Of a stretch of 64,000 bases of DNA, positions 52,827 to 64,000 are shown piece by piece. This stretch comes from the human T2T-CHM13v2.0 reference genome, Homo sapiens. The stretch lies in NCBI RefSeq assembly GCF_009914755.1, contig NC_060932.1. One strand, written 5' to 3'. Numbering within the stretch: the first letter of the stretch is position 1; each line of letters starts with the position of its first letter. The translations under genes and the position numbers were made by a program. The notes under the pieces were generated by a model. That model ran no database searches. It saw only the letters and a program-made list of their open reading frames with translations, and was not told where the DNA came from.

Positions 52827-53115
52827 GGCTGGGTGTGGTGGCTCATGCCTGTAATCCCAGGACCTTGGGTGGCGAAGGCGGGCAGATCACTTGAGGTCAG
52901 GAGTTCGAGACCAGCCTAAGCAACATGGTGAAACCCCTGTCTCTACTAAAAATACAAAAATTAGCAGGGTATGGTGGCAGGCACCTGTAATCCCAGCTAC
53001 TCAGGAGGCTGAGGCAAGAGAATTACTTGAACCTTGGAGGCAGAGGTTGGAGTGGGCAGAGATGGTGCCACTGTACTCCAACCTAGGCAACAGAACAAGA
53101 TTCTGTCTCAAAAAA
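52827..53115 (+). mobile_element. AluSx-type with short tail
   Basis: GGCTGGGTGTGGTGGCTCATGCC...TTCTGTCTCAAAAAA; degenerate TSD AAAAGAATCATGTGT / AAAAGAATAGTGTTT. Confidence 0.95.
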
Positions 53116-54049
53116 GAATAGTGTTTAGAAAAAACACTTTTAGCAATACTGGGTTAAAGTCGATTAATAGATTAGGGCTGGGAGCAGGGTAAGCAATTAT
53201 AAAAATCTAACAGTTCAGGAATGAAATGGTAATGACCTGAGCTAGAATAATGGCAGTGAAAATGCTGAGGAAGAAGTTTATATGAACACATTCTGCCCCT
53301 CCTGCCCCCTCCCCCCAGAAAAAAATTGCTATGGTGGCTAAACGTCAAGTCTAGGGAGAGGACTGTGAGTTTAGGAATAATGTCTGTTTTGTTCAAAGCT
53401 CCTTCCTTACTGCTTAGCACTGAGCTTGGCACTCAGGTATTGGTGAATAAATGGGTTTTAAGTGAAATAATTAATGGATAAGTATTGATATAACTCTTTC
53501 ACATATGTACAGTGCATATCTTCTTTGAGAGAATACAGTGAAATTTTTTGAGGGTTTGTTTTGTTTTTTTCGCCTCCACCAGCACCATTGCAACAGTCTG
53601 AGTAATGGATTTAGAATAATGATGTAAAGACATAACTTCGCTGTAGTTGAAGTCATTTTTATTCGCTTTGAATTGCTTCCCCAGAGTCCCAGGCCTTAGC
53701 GTAATTAATGCTACTGTTTTGAAATCAGCTTTGGAACTTTGATCTCAAGCTCTAAATATGTCCTTGTTGTAAACAAGCAATACATCTAATAATAACCATA
53801 TCACCTGCTTATCTAAAGGGTTTCATGTGTGTTTAATTAATAATTGAGAACAAATGTCACCATGGTTGCCTCAGTCTAGACAGGGGACAATTATATCATC
53901 TACTTATTTTTTCTGCTTGAGAGATATATAAAGCTTTCAGAGAAGCTTATTAAGGATTCAGGTAATTAAACTTGTATTTTTTTTGCACACTAACAACAAT
54001 TTATATTTGAAAACAATTAGCATGAGTTACTTGTGTGTTCAAAGAATCA

Positions 54050-54555
54050 ATTTCACAAAAAACTTTTATAATGTACAATGATATATGTTCAGAGATATTA
54101 ACTACAACCCTGTTAACAATAATAAAAGTCTGGAAATTACTTAAATATCCATCATAAATTATGGTAGACATTCTAGGCAGAATTCTAAACAATGATTTTT
54201 TTAAAGAAAATAAGTAAATCTATATATACTGTTACAGAAACATGTGCAAGATACATTGTTAAGTGGAAAAATTGCAAAATTACAGAGCAGAATATTTAGT
54301 AGAAAGCAATTCATGTGAACAACAATACACATAATGTATTTGTGTGCACACATGCACATGCTTATTACAACACTAGTTACACTAAGATTACCTGGGGGGG
54401 ACACACATACACATACACACACACATACATACACATACATTATAACACCAGTTACATTGAAATCAGCTGGGAGGATTCCTAAAAAAAAGTTAACGGTTAT
54501 TAATTCTGGGGTTATTTTAAGCATTTTAAAACATTTTTACAATAATTATGTATTA
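54050..54555 (+). mobile_element. L1ME-type 3' fragment
   Basis: CTGGAAATTACTTAAATATCCATC...GATACATTGTTAAGTGGAAAAA. Confidence 0.6.
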
Positions 54556-55295
54556 ATTGACAGAAGATAGTAGACAAGTAACTTCTGCATTTTCCAGGTT
54601 CTGTTGTGGCATCTCCTTGCATTTTAATTTATAGAAATTAACAATAAAGACAACTTGAAAAAATACCTTTTTCTTTAGGTATTTCTAAGGTTAATAAGTA
54701 GTCATTCAAATGCAGGCATTATAGGGATAAAACTAGCTTCACATCACTTAGTGTCAATTTAAATACCAATTAATTAGATATAAAAAAGTAAACTCACATA
54801 CTCCCACTATCTGTACTCAGGGATGATATTAAAAATATTCAACAACCCATAGGATTCTAACCAATCAGAAGAGGCACAGCTATTAGTCATGGAAGCGCAA
54901 CCCTTTAGTTGGTGGATCAAGAAAGAATCTGAGGTGTTTGGAAGGTTCTAAGGTAGTCCAGGCTGCAGAGCTTGAGTGACATATTGGAAGTGTGGAAGGG
55001 CAATTATTTACCAACTAGTGTATACTGTTTGTTGTATTTTAACTATTACCACAGCTCTGTGAGCCTGCCTATTCTTGAACCTTATTGGCCTCAGGGACTT
55101 TCCTTAAACAAACCGAATACTGTAATTATATACTTTCTTATCTTTACACACACTGTTTCTTTTCCTTCCTATTCTGTAACCATCTTCCATTCTCTACTTT
55201 CAAGTCTATGCCAGTGATCTCCCCTTCAACGTCTATTTTTCAAACTCTAGTTCAAATGTCACTCCCTCTGTGAAGTCTTTCATGGTCTTGATCCT

Positions 55296-55643
55296 TATCT
55301 TAGTCCATTCAGAAGACTATAACAGAATACCACAGATGGGCATCCTATAAACAACAGAAATTTATTTCTCACAGTACTGTAAGGCTGGGAAGTCCAAGAT
55401 CAAGGGGCCAACAGATTTGGTGTCTGGTGAGGGCCTGTTTCCTGGTTAACAGATGGATGGCTGATACTTCTCACTGTGTTCTCACAAGATGACAGGAGTG
55501 AGAGAGCTCGCTGAGACTTCCTTTATGAAGACAGTCATCCCTCTGATCAGCTCTCGAAGACCTCACGTCCAAATACCATCACCTTAAGGGAATAGATTTC
55601 AGCGTATGGATACTAGGGGGAAGTAAACATTCAGTCAATAGCA
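55296..55643 (-). mobile_element. MLT1A MaLR LTR within L2
   Basis: TATCTTAGTCCATTCAG...CAACAGAAATTTATTTCTCACAG...AAACATTCAGTCAATAGCA. Confidence 0.88.
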
Positions 55644-55889
55644 CTCTTCCTCCTTCCCCAGCAACGATTACAAAGGAAACCACTCCCTCTGGTTGTGAGT
55701 TCCTAAAGAACTCTGTTTATTCCAATGTTGTGTTTCTTCTACTCCATTGCATAGTGCTAAAATTGGGCTCTGTGAAATCATGAGTGTGTCTCACTAACGC
55801 TATATTCTTAGCAACTACCCTAGTGCCAAGGACATAATGGGTGCATTTATTACATGAACAAATTAGTAGTAATAAAAGTAGCAGACATG

Positions 55890-56985
55890 GTAGTAATTGC
55901 AATCTTCTTTATGGTAGGTTCTAGTGCATTACATGTAGCAACTTGTTAATCTTCACAATAAACCAACTGTGCCACAATTTTCACCATTTATCAATTAACA
56001 AACTGAGACACCAAGGGAGTGAAAGACTTGTCCACAGTTTTCAGTCATAATGGCCGAGGCAAGATTGGATCCAGGCAGTGTGGCAGAGTTTATGAGTGTT
56101 GGAGCCTGTAACTAAACAGACATATCCAATTACTCAGATGTCTTCATGGCACTGGACAGGCAAGTAGTTCTCAGGTCCTAGAAATCTTGTCACATGATGG
56201 AAATCTGTGGTCACAAAGTAATGTGTCAGTTCTTGATAAACAGTTCTATGATGGATATTAAATGCTACTCAGAAGGGAGATAATGAGTGTGTTCATAGAG
56301 TACACAAACCAGGGTGAGATGAAATTCTACACTCTGTTAATTTGCTAGCAAGAGGATTTCAGAATATGTGTGTGTCATATTTATGTACACAAACACACAC
56401 ACACATCCTGTATGAATATGTATGGACATATATGTGTATGTTAAAATAATATTAAATGCAATTATCCCTCCAATAGCCCAATCATGAGGGTTTAACCTAT
56501 ATGAATGCATCTACTCATCATAACAGCTTTCGGAAGTAGATGCTATTACTATCTCCCTTTTACCCAGTTAGGAAATTTGAAGCCCAAAGAAGTGACTTGT
56601 CCAAAGCCATAGAGACAGGGAGCGATAGATCCAAGATCTCCACCTAGCAACCTAATTTTATAGCCTATTAAACTACCATGCTATTCCCTATTTTAAAAAA
56701 AATTATAAGCAATTATCAAACAATTATTGTGTCAGGCACAGTTCTAATGTGTAGTAACAGTTAAAATGCATTATGTGATACCAGGAATTTTTAAAAAGCA
56801 CTCAGCAAATGTTGAAATCCTTTGGGATAGGTACTACTTTTACCCACATTTTCAGAGAGAAAGCTGCAGCCCAGTGAAGTTAAGTAAATTAATCACCCCT
56901 ACAATAAATTACATAAGTAGGAAATGATAGAACTATGATTTATATTCCAGAATCTGGCCACTCTTAAGCATTTAAGCATTACACT
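55890..56985 (-). mobile_element. Cluster of three MIR fragments
   Basis: AAACTGAGACACC (about 56000), GTGACTTGTCCAAAGCCATAG (about 56590), GTGAAGTTAAGTAA (about 56875). Confidence 0.65.
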
Positions 56986-57189
56986 CCAATGTCCAATGTC
57001 TCAATAGTAGGGCAAATTTTCAGGGGTCAATATGGAATCCTAACATTTTAAGTTTGAAAAATAAGTCAAGCACAAGGTAGGAAGCAGCTGATATCTGGCT
57101 GGCTGGCTGGATGCTGATGGGTGTCCCAGGGTAGCATTACCTTTTTAAACATCCTGAGATACAGGATCTGAACATCAGTAAAAAATTTT

Positions 57190-59512
57190 TTTCTTATATA
57201 TTTATTGTGATATATTTTATGCATTCAGAGAATGTTTTAAAAATAATGTAATGATAATCAATGCACCCACCCTCCAACTCTGTTAAATTTTAACATGTTT
57301 ACATCTGTATTATATATTGTGTAGAGAGACACAGATGTAGATATAGATGTAGAAAATGTAGATATTTATACCTCCTTTCAGTGAAGCCCCCGGGGAGCTC
57401 TTCCTTTCTCACTCTTCATACTTCCTCGTCTTAAGATAGTAATCCCTCTACTCGTTTCATGTTTATTATTTCCAGGCATTTCCCTATATGTTCTTTTTTA
57501 TGGCCACTACTTATGTGTATGCTTATAAATAAAATGTGTATTGCTTTTCAGGTTTTCAAATATTATTTTGTATTGTGCCATATTCCATTACCTAAACCAT
57601 GCCTGACATAGGATATGCACATGATAAATATTTTAGAGTGAAGAATGAATGGATTTTTTTAAGGATTTAGGTAAAAGTAACCCTAATCTCTTCCTATTAA
57701 CTGGTATAATGTTCCGTTTTTAACATATGCCACAAAAAATTTATCTAATAAAAATTTATATTAAATATCAGTAATAAAAGTTGTACAAATTATTTCTAAT
57801 TCTTACATTGTGTGTTTCTTCTGCTTTACTTAATGCATTGAAAGCTTATTTATTCACTGTTGAATAAAATTAAAAATGATAGGCACCTTTATCTTGCTTC
57901 CCACTTTAGAAGAAAACCATTCTAATATTTTATCTGTAAAATTGTCATTTGCTACTTAATTTTGGTACATAGCCCTTATCAGTTTAAAAACTTCCCCATC
58001 AGTTCCAGGGTGATTACAGTTTTCACCACAAAGTGATGCTAAATATTACCAAATGCAAATATTTCTGTATCCATTGAGATTTCATATACTTTTTTCTTTT
58101 TATGTCTATGTAGTAAATTACATTAATAAATTTTCTAGTATTATACCATCCTTGCATTCTTGAAGCAAACCTTACATAGTTGTTATGTACTAATTTTTTA
58201 ATGTTAAAATATTAGATTATATTTTATTCAAATAAATTACATTTTATTTATGACTTTTGAGTCTATACTAAGTCAGGAAAGTGTAATTTTTCTTTCTTTT
58301 GCCCTTTTCATCCAATTTTAGAATCAAGTTTGTAACTGGCATGCACAAGGTCTAACAATAAAGTCCAAAAATATAGTGGCACAAACAACATACAGGCAAT
58401 GAGTAGGCATCTGGGCTTCATAAGAGTATCCAATAAAACAAGGCTCTTTCTTCTATTTTGTTGCTTAACCATTTTCTAAATTTTGTCATTATCTAAAAGA
58501 AAAAACTGGTTCACCCATACCAAGCCTACACATTTCAGCCCATGAGGATGGAGAAAAAGAAGAAATTGATGACAGATTCTATCATCACAAAAGGATGTGA
58601 TTTGGAAGTTGCATGCATCCATTCAGAGCTTCTTGGCCAAAACAGTCATATTAACAAAACTAGCTGCCAACATACTACAAAATGAGGTCTGTAGTTGAGT
58701 TTCCATGATCAGCTAAAATTCAAGAGAGAGAACAGGTATTGGGGATAATTAGCAGGCTCTTTTACAGAAACAGAATAGGGTTGAATCCAGCTGTTCTTCA
58801 AATATGTGTGAGAATACTTCTAATTTTTTTTAAAGGGTAAATATTTATCTATCTAATTACGTTAAAAAATAAATTTGTTAGATAATATTTTTATTAATTT
58901 TTGGATGTATTGTCTTAGCAAACTATCTATTTTCTCTAAATTTTCAAATTTATTGGCATAAAATTGTATATGAGTAAGATTTTTTTAAGTGTTGACACAA
59001 TTGGAGTTATTCTTCTCTTTATTTATAATATTGTTAATTTGTTTTATCTTCTTTTTTATGATTAGACTCGCCAGCATTTTATCAATTTTATTACTTTTTA
59101 AGACAATTATATTATGATTGTCTTTTTCCCATTTTACATTTTTATTTTATTGCTTTTCTTTTTAGGTTATTAATTTCTGTTCTTTATTATGTCATTACTT
59201 CTATCTTTTAATTTAGTCTATTGTTTTTCTAAGTTCTTGCACTGATATATAATTTGAATATTCAGTTAATTGTTTTTCAAGTTTGTTTCAAGTATTTGCA
59301 CAAAAAGCTAACAATTTCCTTTTAAGTGCCAGTTTGATTTTATTTCACAAATGTTAATATAAAACATTTTATTTGTCATTAGTTCTACATGTTTTCTAAG
59401 TTCCATCATAATTTCTTATTTGACCTATGAGTTCTTTAGAAGAGTTTTCAACTCTCTGAATGTGTATCTCCTATTTATTTAAAATTTAATTTTATTGTGA
59501 TCAGAGAACATG
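57190..59512 (-). mobile_element. Old L1M fragments, interrupted by an MLT1-type LTR (about 58330-58765)
   Basis: ACCATCCTTGCATTCTTGAAGCAAACC, TCTCTAAATTTTCAAATTTATTGGCATAAAATTG, TTTTATTGTGATCAGAGAACATGG. Confidence 0.7.
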
Positions 59513-59938
59513 GTATTTTGATGATTTCTTTATGTGTCAACTGGGCCATGGGCAGATATTTGGTCAAGCTTTATTCTGGGTGTTTCTGTGAGGGTGTTTT
59601 GGATGAGATTAACAATTAAATTAATACTCTGGATAAAACAGATTAAGTTTTATAATGTGAGTGCACCTCATCCAATTAGTAGAAGGCCTAAATAAAACAA
59701 ATGTCTGACCTTTCCACAGCTAAGAGAGAATTGTCCTGCCTGATGGGCTTCAAACCACCAGAACATCAGTTCTTCCTGGTTCTGCAGTAGTCTCCAACCT
59801 TCAGACTCAAACTTCAGCACCTGTTCTTCAGATTTTGGACTTGCAGCCTCTATAATCACATGAGCCAATTCCTTATATAAATTTATTTATACATGCTGAC
59901 AGTTGGTTCTGTTTCTCTGGATAACCCTGACTGTTAGA
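59513..59938 (+). mobile_element. MLT2 (D-like) ERVL LTR
   Basis: TTTATGTGTCAACTGGGCC...CCTCATCCAATTAGTAGAAGGCCT...TTGGTTCTGTTTCTCTGGATAACCCTGACT. Confidence 0.88.
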
Positions 59939-60559
59939 GCTGTTACCTCAAATTTGTTTTCTTATATTTGGTGTCTGTTTTGGAGTACTTACAAGTGCTT
60001 AAAATGTTCTTTTTCAATTAGGTGAGTCTCAGTCTCTAAGATAATTTTTTTATTGTTCTATTTTATAGATTACATGTTAATGTCAATTAAGCTATAAACA
60101 TTTTATTGCTGATACATTATCAAAATGCTTTTCAAACAGCCATTTCCAACAGTCTATTCTTTGGCAAAAAAACAATGCCATTCTCTTGCCATGGCCAAAT
60201 GTGAGTGCTACTAACAGGTAAACTCTTAATTTGTAAGTGAGGCTGAAATCTTAAAATGCCTTCCTGAAACTTATACATGATTGATTTTGTTTATTTGTGT
60301 AATTTCTTTGTTCTATGGTTTCAGCTTCAATTGCTGAGAAAATGTCAAGATTATTTCCTGAGAATTTCCTTTGTGGCTAAGACAAAGGAGAAGTTTTAAT
60401 TTTACTAGAAACTGTGAAACGAGGCTTTTAAAAAGTTTCATTAAAAAAAAAATTAGGGAAGAATAGGCATATTCAGAAAACCTACTTTCATTTAGGCTGG
60501 ATTGGTAAAAAAAAAAAAAAAAAAAGAATCCTCCCTTATGGCAACTAAGGCATGAAATA

Positions 60560-60805
60560 ATGCAATGTAATTTTGTGAATTAAATGCATGGGATCTGGAG
60601 TTCCCTTGGCTGGTTCAAATCTCAGCTCCACCTATTACTGGCTGTATGACCTTGAGCTTGCTACTTAACCTCTCAGGGTTTTACATATGAAAATGGAGTG
60701 TAATAAAAGTGCCTCCCTCATAGTAAAACTGAAATAACGTATGGAAAGTCTTTACAAGTCCGTATCATAGGACTTGTCAAAATACTTTCATTAGGTATTA
60801 TTATT
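60560..60805 (+). mobile_element. MIR
   Basis: GGTTCAAATCTCAGCTCCACC...GCTGTATGACCTTGAGC...TACTTAACCTCTC. Confidence 0.8.
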
Positions 60806-61413
60806 ATTTGCCTGATAATTAATGTATCCTATTTTAAAATGCATTGATAGGACTTAATTTGGTTCATTAGAATAGAACAGATTTTGATGCTGTTTGAATA
60901 CATTCTAAAAATAAAACAAAATCAGCGGGAGATACGTTCGACCATTCTGTGAATGAGTCTCCATATTCTATAAGAAGAGGAAAAATCATATCACGCAAAT
61001 TGCAGTATACGTTATGGAGGAAAAAAATGCACTTGTTTTCCTATTCATTTTATAACGTCCCTGTTAGTCTCATTTAGAAGGAAAAGCTGAAGTTTAGAAT
61101 TGTGAAAAACTCATGGTTGCTTCACAACTTGAACTCAGTTGAAGAGCGTGGTATGTGAGACAGGCATAATCATCTCACAAACTTATATTCAACAAATATT
61201 TATTGAATAACTACTATGTGCCTGGCACAGTAAAATTTGATTCCATTATATGTCAGTCAGTCAAGTTCTCTTTTGTAGCCTCAAACTGTACAATGAACTA
61301 AAACCAGAAAATTCACAAATAGAAGCTTTTCATAACAAAATTGACCAGGAAACAGAATGGCATCTCTTTTGAACAACTGACTGACCCATAACAGCCTATA
61401 AAATCCTTAAGTC

Positions 61414-61605
61414 AGCAGGGTGCAGTAGCATGTGCCTATAGTCCCAGCTACTTGGGAGACTGAGGCAGTAGGATAACTTGAGCCCAGAAGCTTGAGGCTA
61501 TAGTGTGCTATTATCACACCTGTGAATACTCACGGCACTCCAGCCTGGGAAGCATAGTGAGATCCTGTCTCTTAAACAAAACAAAACAAAACAAAACAAA
61601 AAAAA
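61414..61605 (+). mobile_element. FAM fossil Alu monomer with (CAAAA)n tail
   Basis: GAGGCTATAGTGTGCTATTATCACACCTGTGAATACTCACGGCACTCCAGCC; TAAGTC on both flanks. Confidence 0.85.
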
Positions 61606-62229
61606 CTGTAAGTCTTCTTACCCAGAAATAAAACAAAACAAGTTCCTTTTTTTTAAACAGAAAATAAGTCTGTTTAGTGCTATTAAACAATCAAATAGCC
61701 TCCCCTTTTTTCTGTGTTTGCGATGACATTTTCACCATTACCTTCTGTTTCATAATGCATGTGAAGGAACTTTGTGCTCTCCAGATATTGTTTGTCTATA
61801 AGTGCAGTCCCACCCAGTGAGTGCCAAATCTTACTGGACACCACCACTTAGAAGTCCCTCTGTTACCTTAACTTCTAAAATCCCAAAACTAAACTTGTTT
61901 CCTCCGAAATCTGCTCTGTTTCTGTGTTCCTTATTTCAGTTAATTGTACCTGTACATTCAACTGCCTAAGGAACAGATTTCATCACTGATTAGGACCTCT
62001 GGAAACCCTAAATATGGAGAAAATAATGATGCAGCCCCTACTCCCACTAAGCACACGTACTTTACAAACTATTCATAGAATCAGTATAAAGTCTAACAAA
62101 AATCTGATTTTTCCCATGATGACAACTTTAACATCTTCGAACTCTAAAATGTTGAATTATTCAAAAACTATTTCAGTAGCTCCATTTGCAGGCAGCCTCA
62201 GTGTCTACTGAGAAACCCAACATTGCTGG

Positions 62230-62840
62230 ACTTCATATCCAATGCAACTGCCTCCTTGACAGCTGCCTGAGCCTCCTTATTGGTGTCTCTACCTATACCT
62301 TTCTCACCTCAAGTCTGCCCTTCACAGTGTTGTCAGAGTCATCTCCGCAAAAGCAGACCTGATTATGTTATTTCTCTTCATAAAACTCTTAACTTCTTAG
62401 CAGGACACTCAAGGCCCTTCCAAAATTAGCAACAACATACCATTCTTGGATCATTTCCAGATGCTTCCCTCTTGCCCTGTCTCTTCCCCCCAGATCTCTA
62501 ACCACAGCACTCACCACAGATGCCACATAATTTCCTATCTCCTGAATTCTTGTTACTTTCTTTACCTATTCCCGTTTCCCTTTCATTGGTATTGTTTTCT
62601 CATTTCAATAATTTGCTAAAATTACTTTTAGTTATTCAATACCTTAACTGAATGTCTCTGTTTAAATCACTTCTAACCACTCACATTCACAGTGGAAGTA
62701 ACTGCCTTTTTCGACTTTCTATGTAAGTTGGTTTTTAAACACATAAAGCCCGAATACCTTGTTTTGTGATTAGAGCCCATTTTTCTGCTACCTCTGAGTC
62801 CTTTTAAGGACAAGAACCGTGTCTAACCGTCCACCCCTTC
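62230..62840 (+). mobile_element. Degenerate L2
   Basis: TGTCAGAGTCATCTCCGCAAAAGCAGACCTGATTATGTTATTTCTCTTCATAAAACTCTT. Confidence 0.6.
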
Positions 62841-62859
62841 CTCCTTTCCAGGTCCTGTA

Positions 62860-63335
62860 GAACATAGCTGCGCCTGGAATTGAATGATCGTGTTTTCCGT
62901 GCAGAGCTATCTGCCTTTGGACAGGAGGAGAACTCTCAGCACCATTCCCTTTCCACGGGAGCTTCTTTTTTCTCATTCTTTTTCTTGCCTCCCTCAACTC
63001 CCATCCTCTGTTCTGGGAGAAGGTGAAGCTGGCCTGACAGGCCTGAGGGAAGCCGGACGGAGGCACACTTGCCAGCTTTTAGTTGAGGGAGGCACCGCAG
63101 CAAGGCTCTCCAGTCCCTCCTTCCCTGGGAGCACCAGCTCTGATTCTAGTGGGCAGCTGCAGCTAAGACGAAGACAAATGAATCCAGAGACTTCTCTCGA
63201 GCTATGAGCCTGAGCCAAAGGCACAGCCCAGCTGTCCAGAGAGCTTTGTGACAGAACATGGGGGGCCAGCTGACAGGAACCGAGGCACTTTTAAATTTAG
63301 CACTTGTCCTCGCCCTTTCGGTTCACGATTTCTTG
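62860..63335. promoter_or_regulatory. GC- and CpG-enriched unique patch, possible enhancer or exon
   Basis: Raised GC with several CpGs; three CAGCTG E-boxes; acceptor-like ttttccgtgcag| at about 62904. Confidence 0.3.
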
Positions 63336-64000
63336 GAAGTTTCATTTGGAAAAAGAGGTGAGGGACAGAAGTAGAAGTTGGGAATTCTAGATCCCTTGAT
63401 TCTAGAATATTCTAAGATCTTCCAAACTAACCCTGATTCCTAAAAACAGAATAGGACAATCTTGTTTTCGGTATTGAGAATAGCAAATATAGAAATCCCT
63501 TAATTCTTTGACTTAGCTTAGCAGGTGCAATTAGTTCTATCCCTAAGCCTTCTTACCAGAAAATTTTCTAGTGTAAAATGATTGGATGGGATACCAATTG
63601 GGATGGGTGTGGTAATAGTAAAACCATATTCTTTAATAACTTTTTCTTATTTGTTTTCCTGGAATTTTGGTTGGCATTTTTTAATGAATTACATGCTTAT
63701 TTTTAAAAATTATTATGATGGAGAATTTTTGTTAGGCAGAATTTCAAATCTGTCATCTGCTGTTGACTCTTACTTTCACTACAAATTTACGAAGGTAGAG
63801 AGACCCAGTTCTTACTTAAGTTATATCTAACATAAAAATACAATTCTGTCCCAATCTGTTCATTTAAAGGGTAAATTTATAGCATCTGTTCAACTTTATA
63901 TGCTATCTCAAAATTGTCAACATTTTAAGCAAGGTGCTACCTAATTTTAATGGGTGCACAAGAGGGAAAAGTGGGTCATTGACTTCAAAGGCGAAACTAT

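Noticed and set aside
62002-62218. Segment flanked by GAAACCC direct repeats within L2, containing a 65-aa ORF
   Set aside because: No poly(A), terminal repeats or recognisable family; a 7-bp match can be chance

Overview
Primate (human-like) genomic DNA, AT-rich and CpG-depleted, with no recognisable protein-coding gene, RNA gene, CRISPR array or prokaryotic-type system. It looks intergenic or intronic. Much of it is interspersed repeat: Alu (S and J types plus two fossil FAM monomers), L1PA/L1PB/L1M fragments, many L2 and MIR copies, one L3/CR1, MaLR/ERVL LTRs (MLT1, MLT2), hAT elements (MER45, MER53, MER20) and microsatellites. Nearly all ORFs in the track are chance ORFs or come from Alu, L1 or microsatellites. 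Repeat calls are from recalled consensus sequences, so subfamilies and boundaries are approximate. The unique sequence contains CpG-retaining patches with good splice signals. Four minus-strand candidate exons (29185-29341, 23656-23736, 9015-9137, 5484-5548) join in phase into a 136-codon ORF of unknown status (lncRNA or possible de novo gene). The best-supported oddities are retrotransposition and repair scars: a chimeric old/young L1, a perfect 28-bp inverted templated insertion, an L1 whose 5' end is joined to its 3' end between TSDs, and Alu and L1 stacked at one target site.
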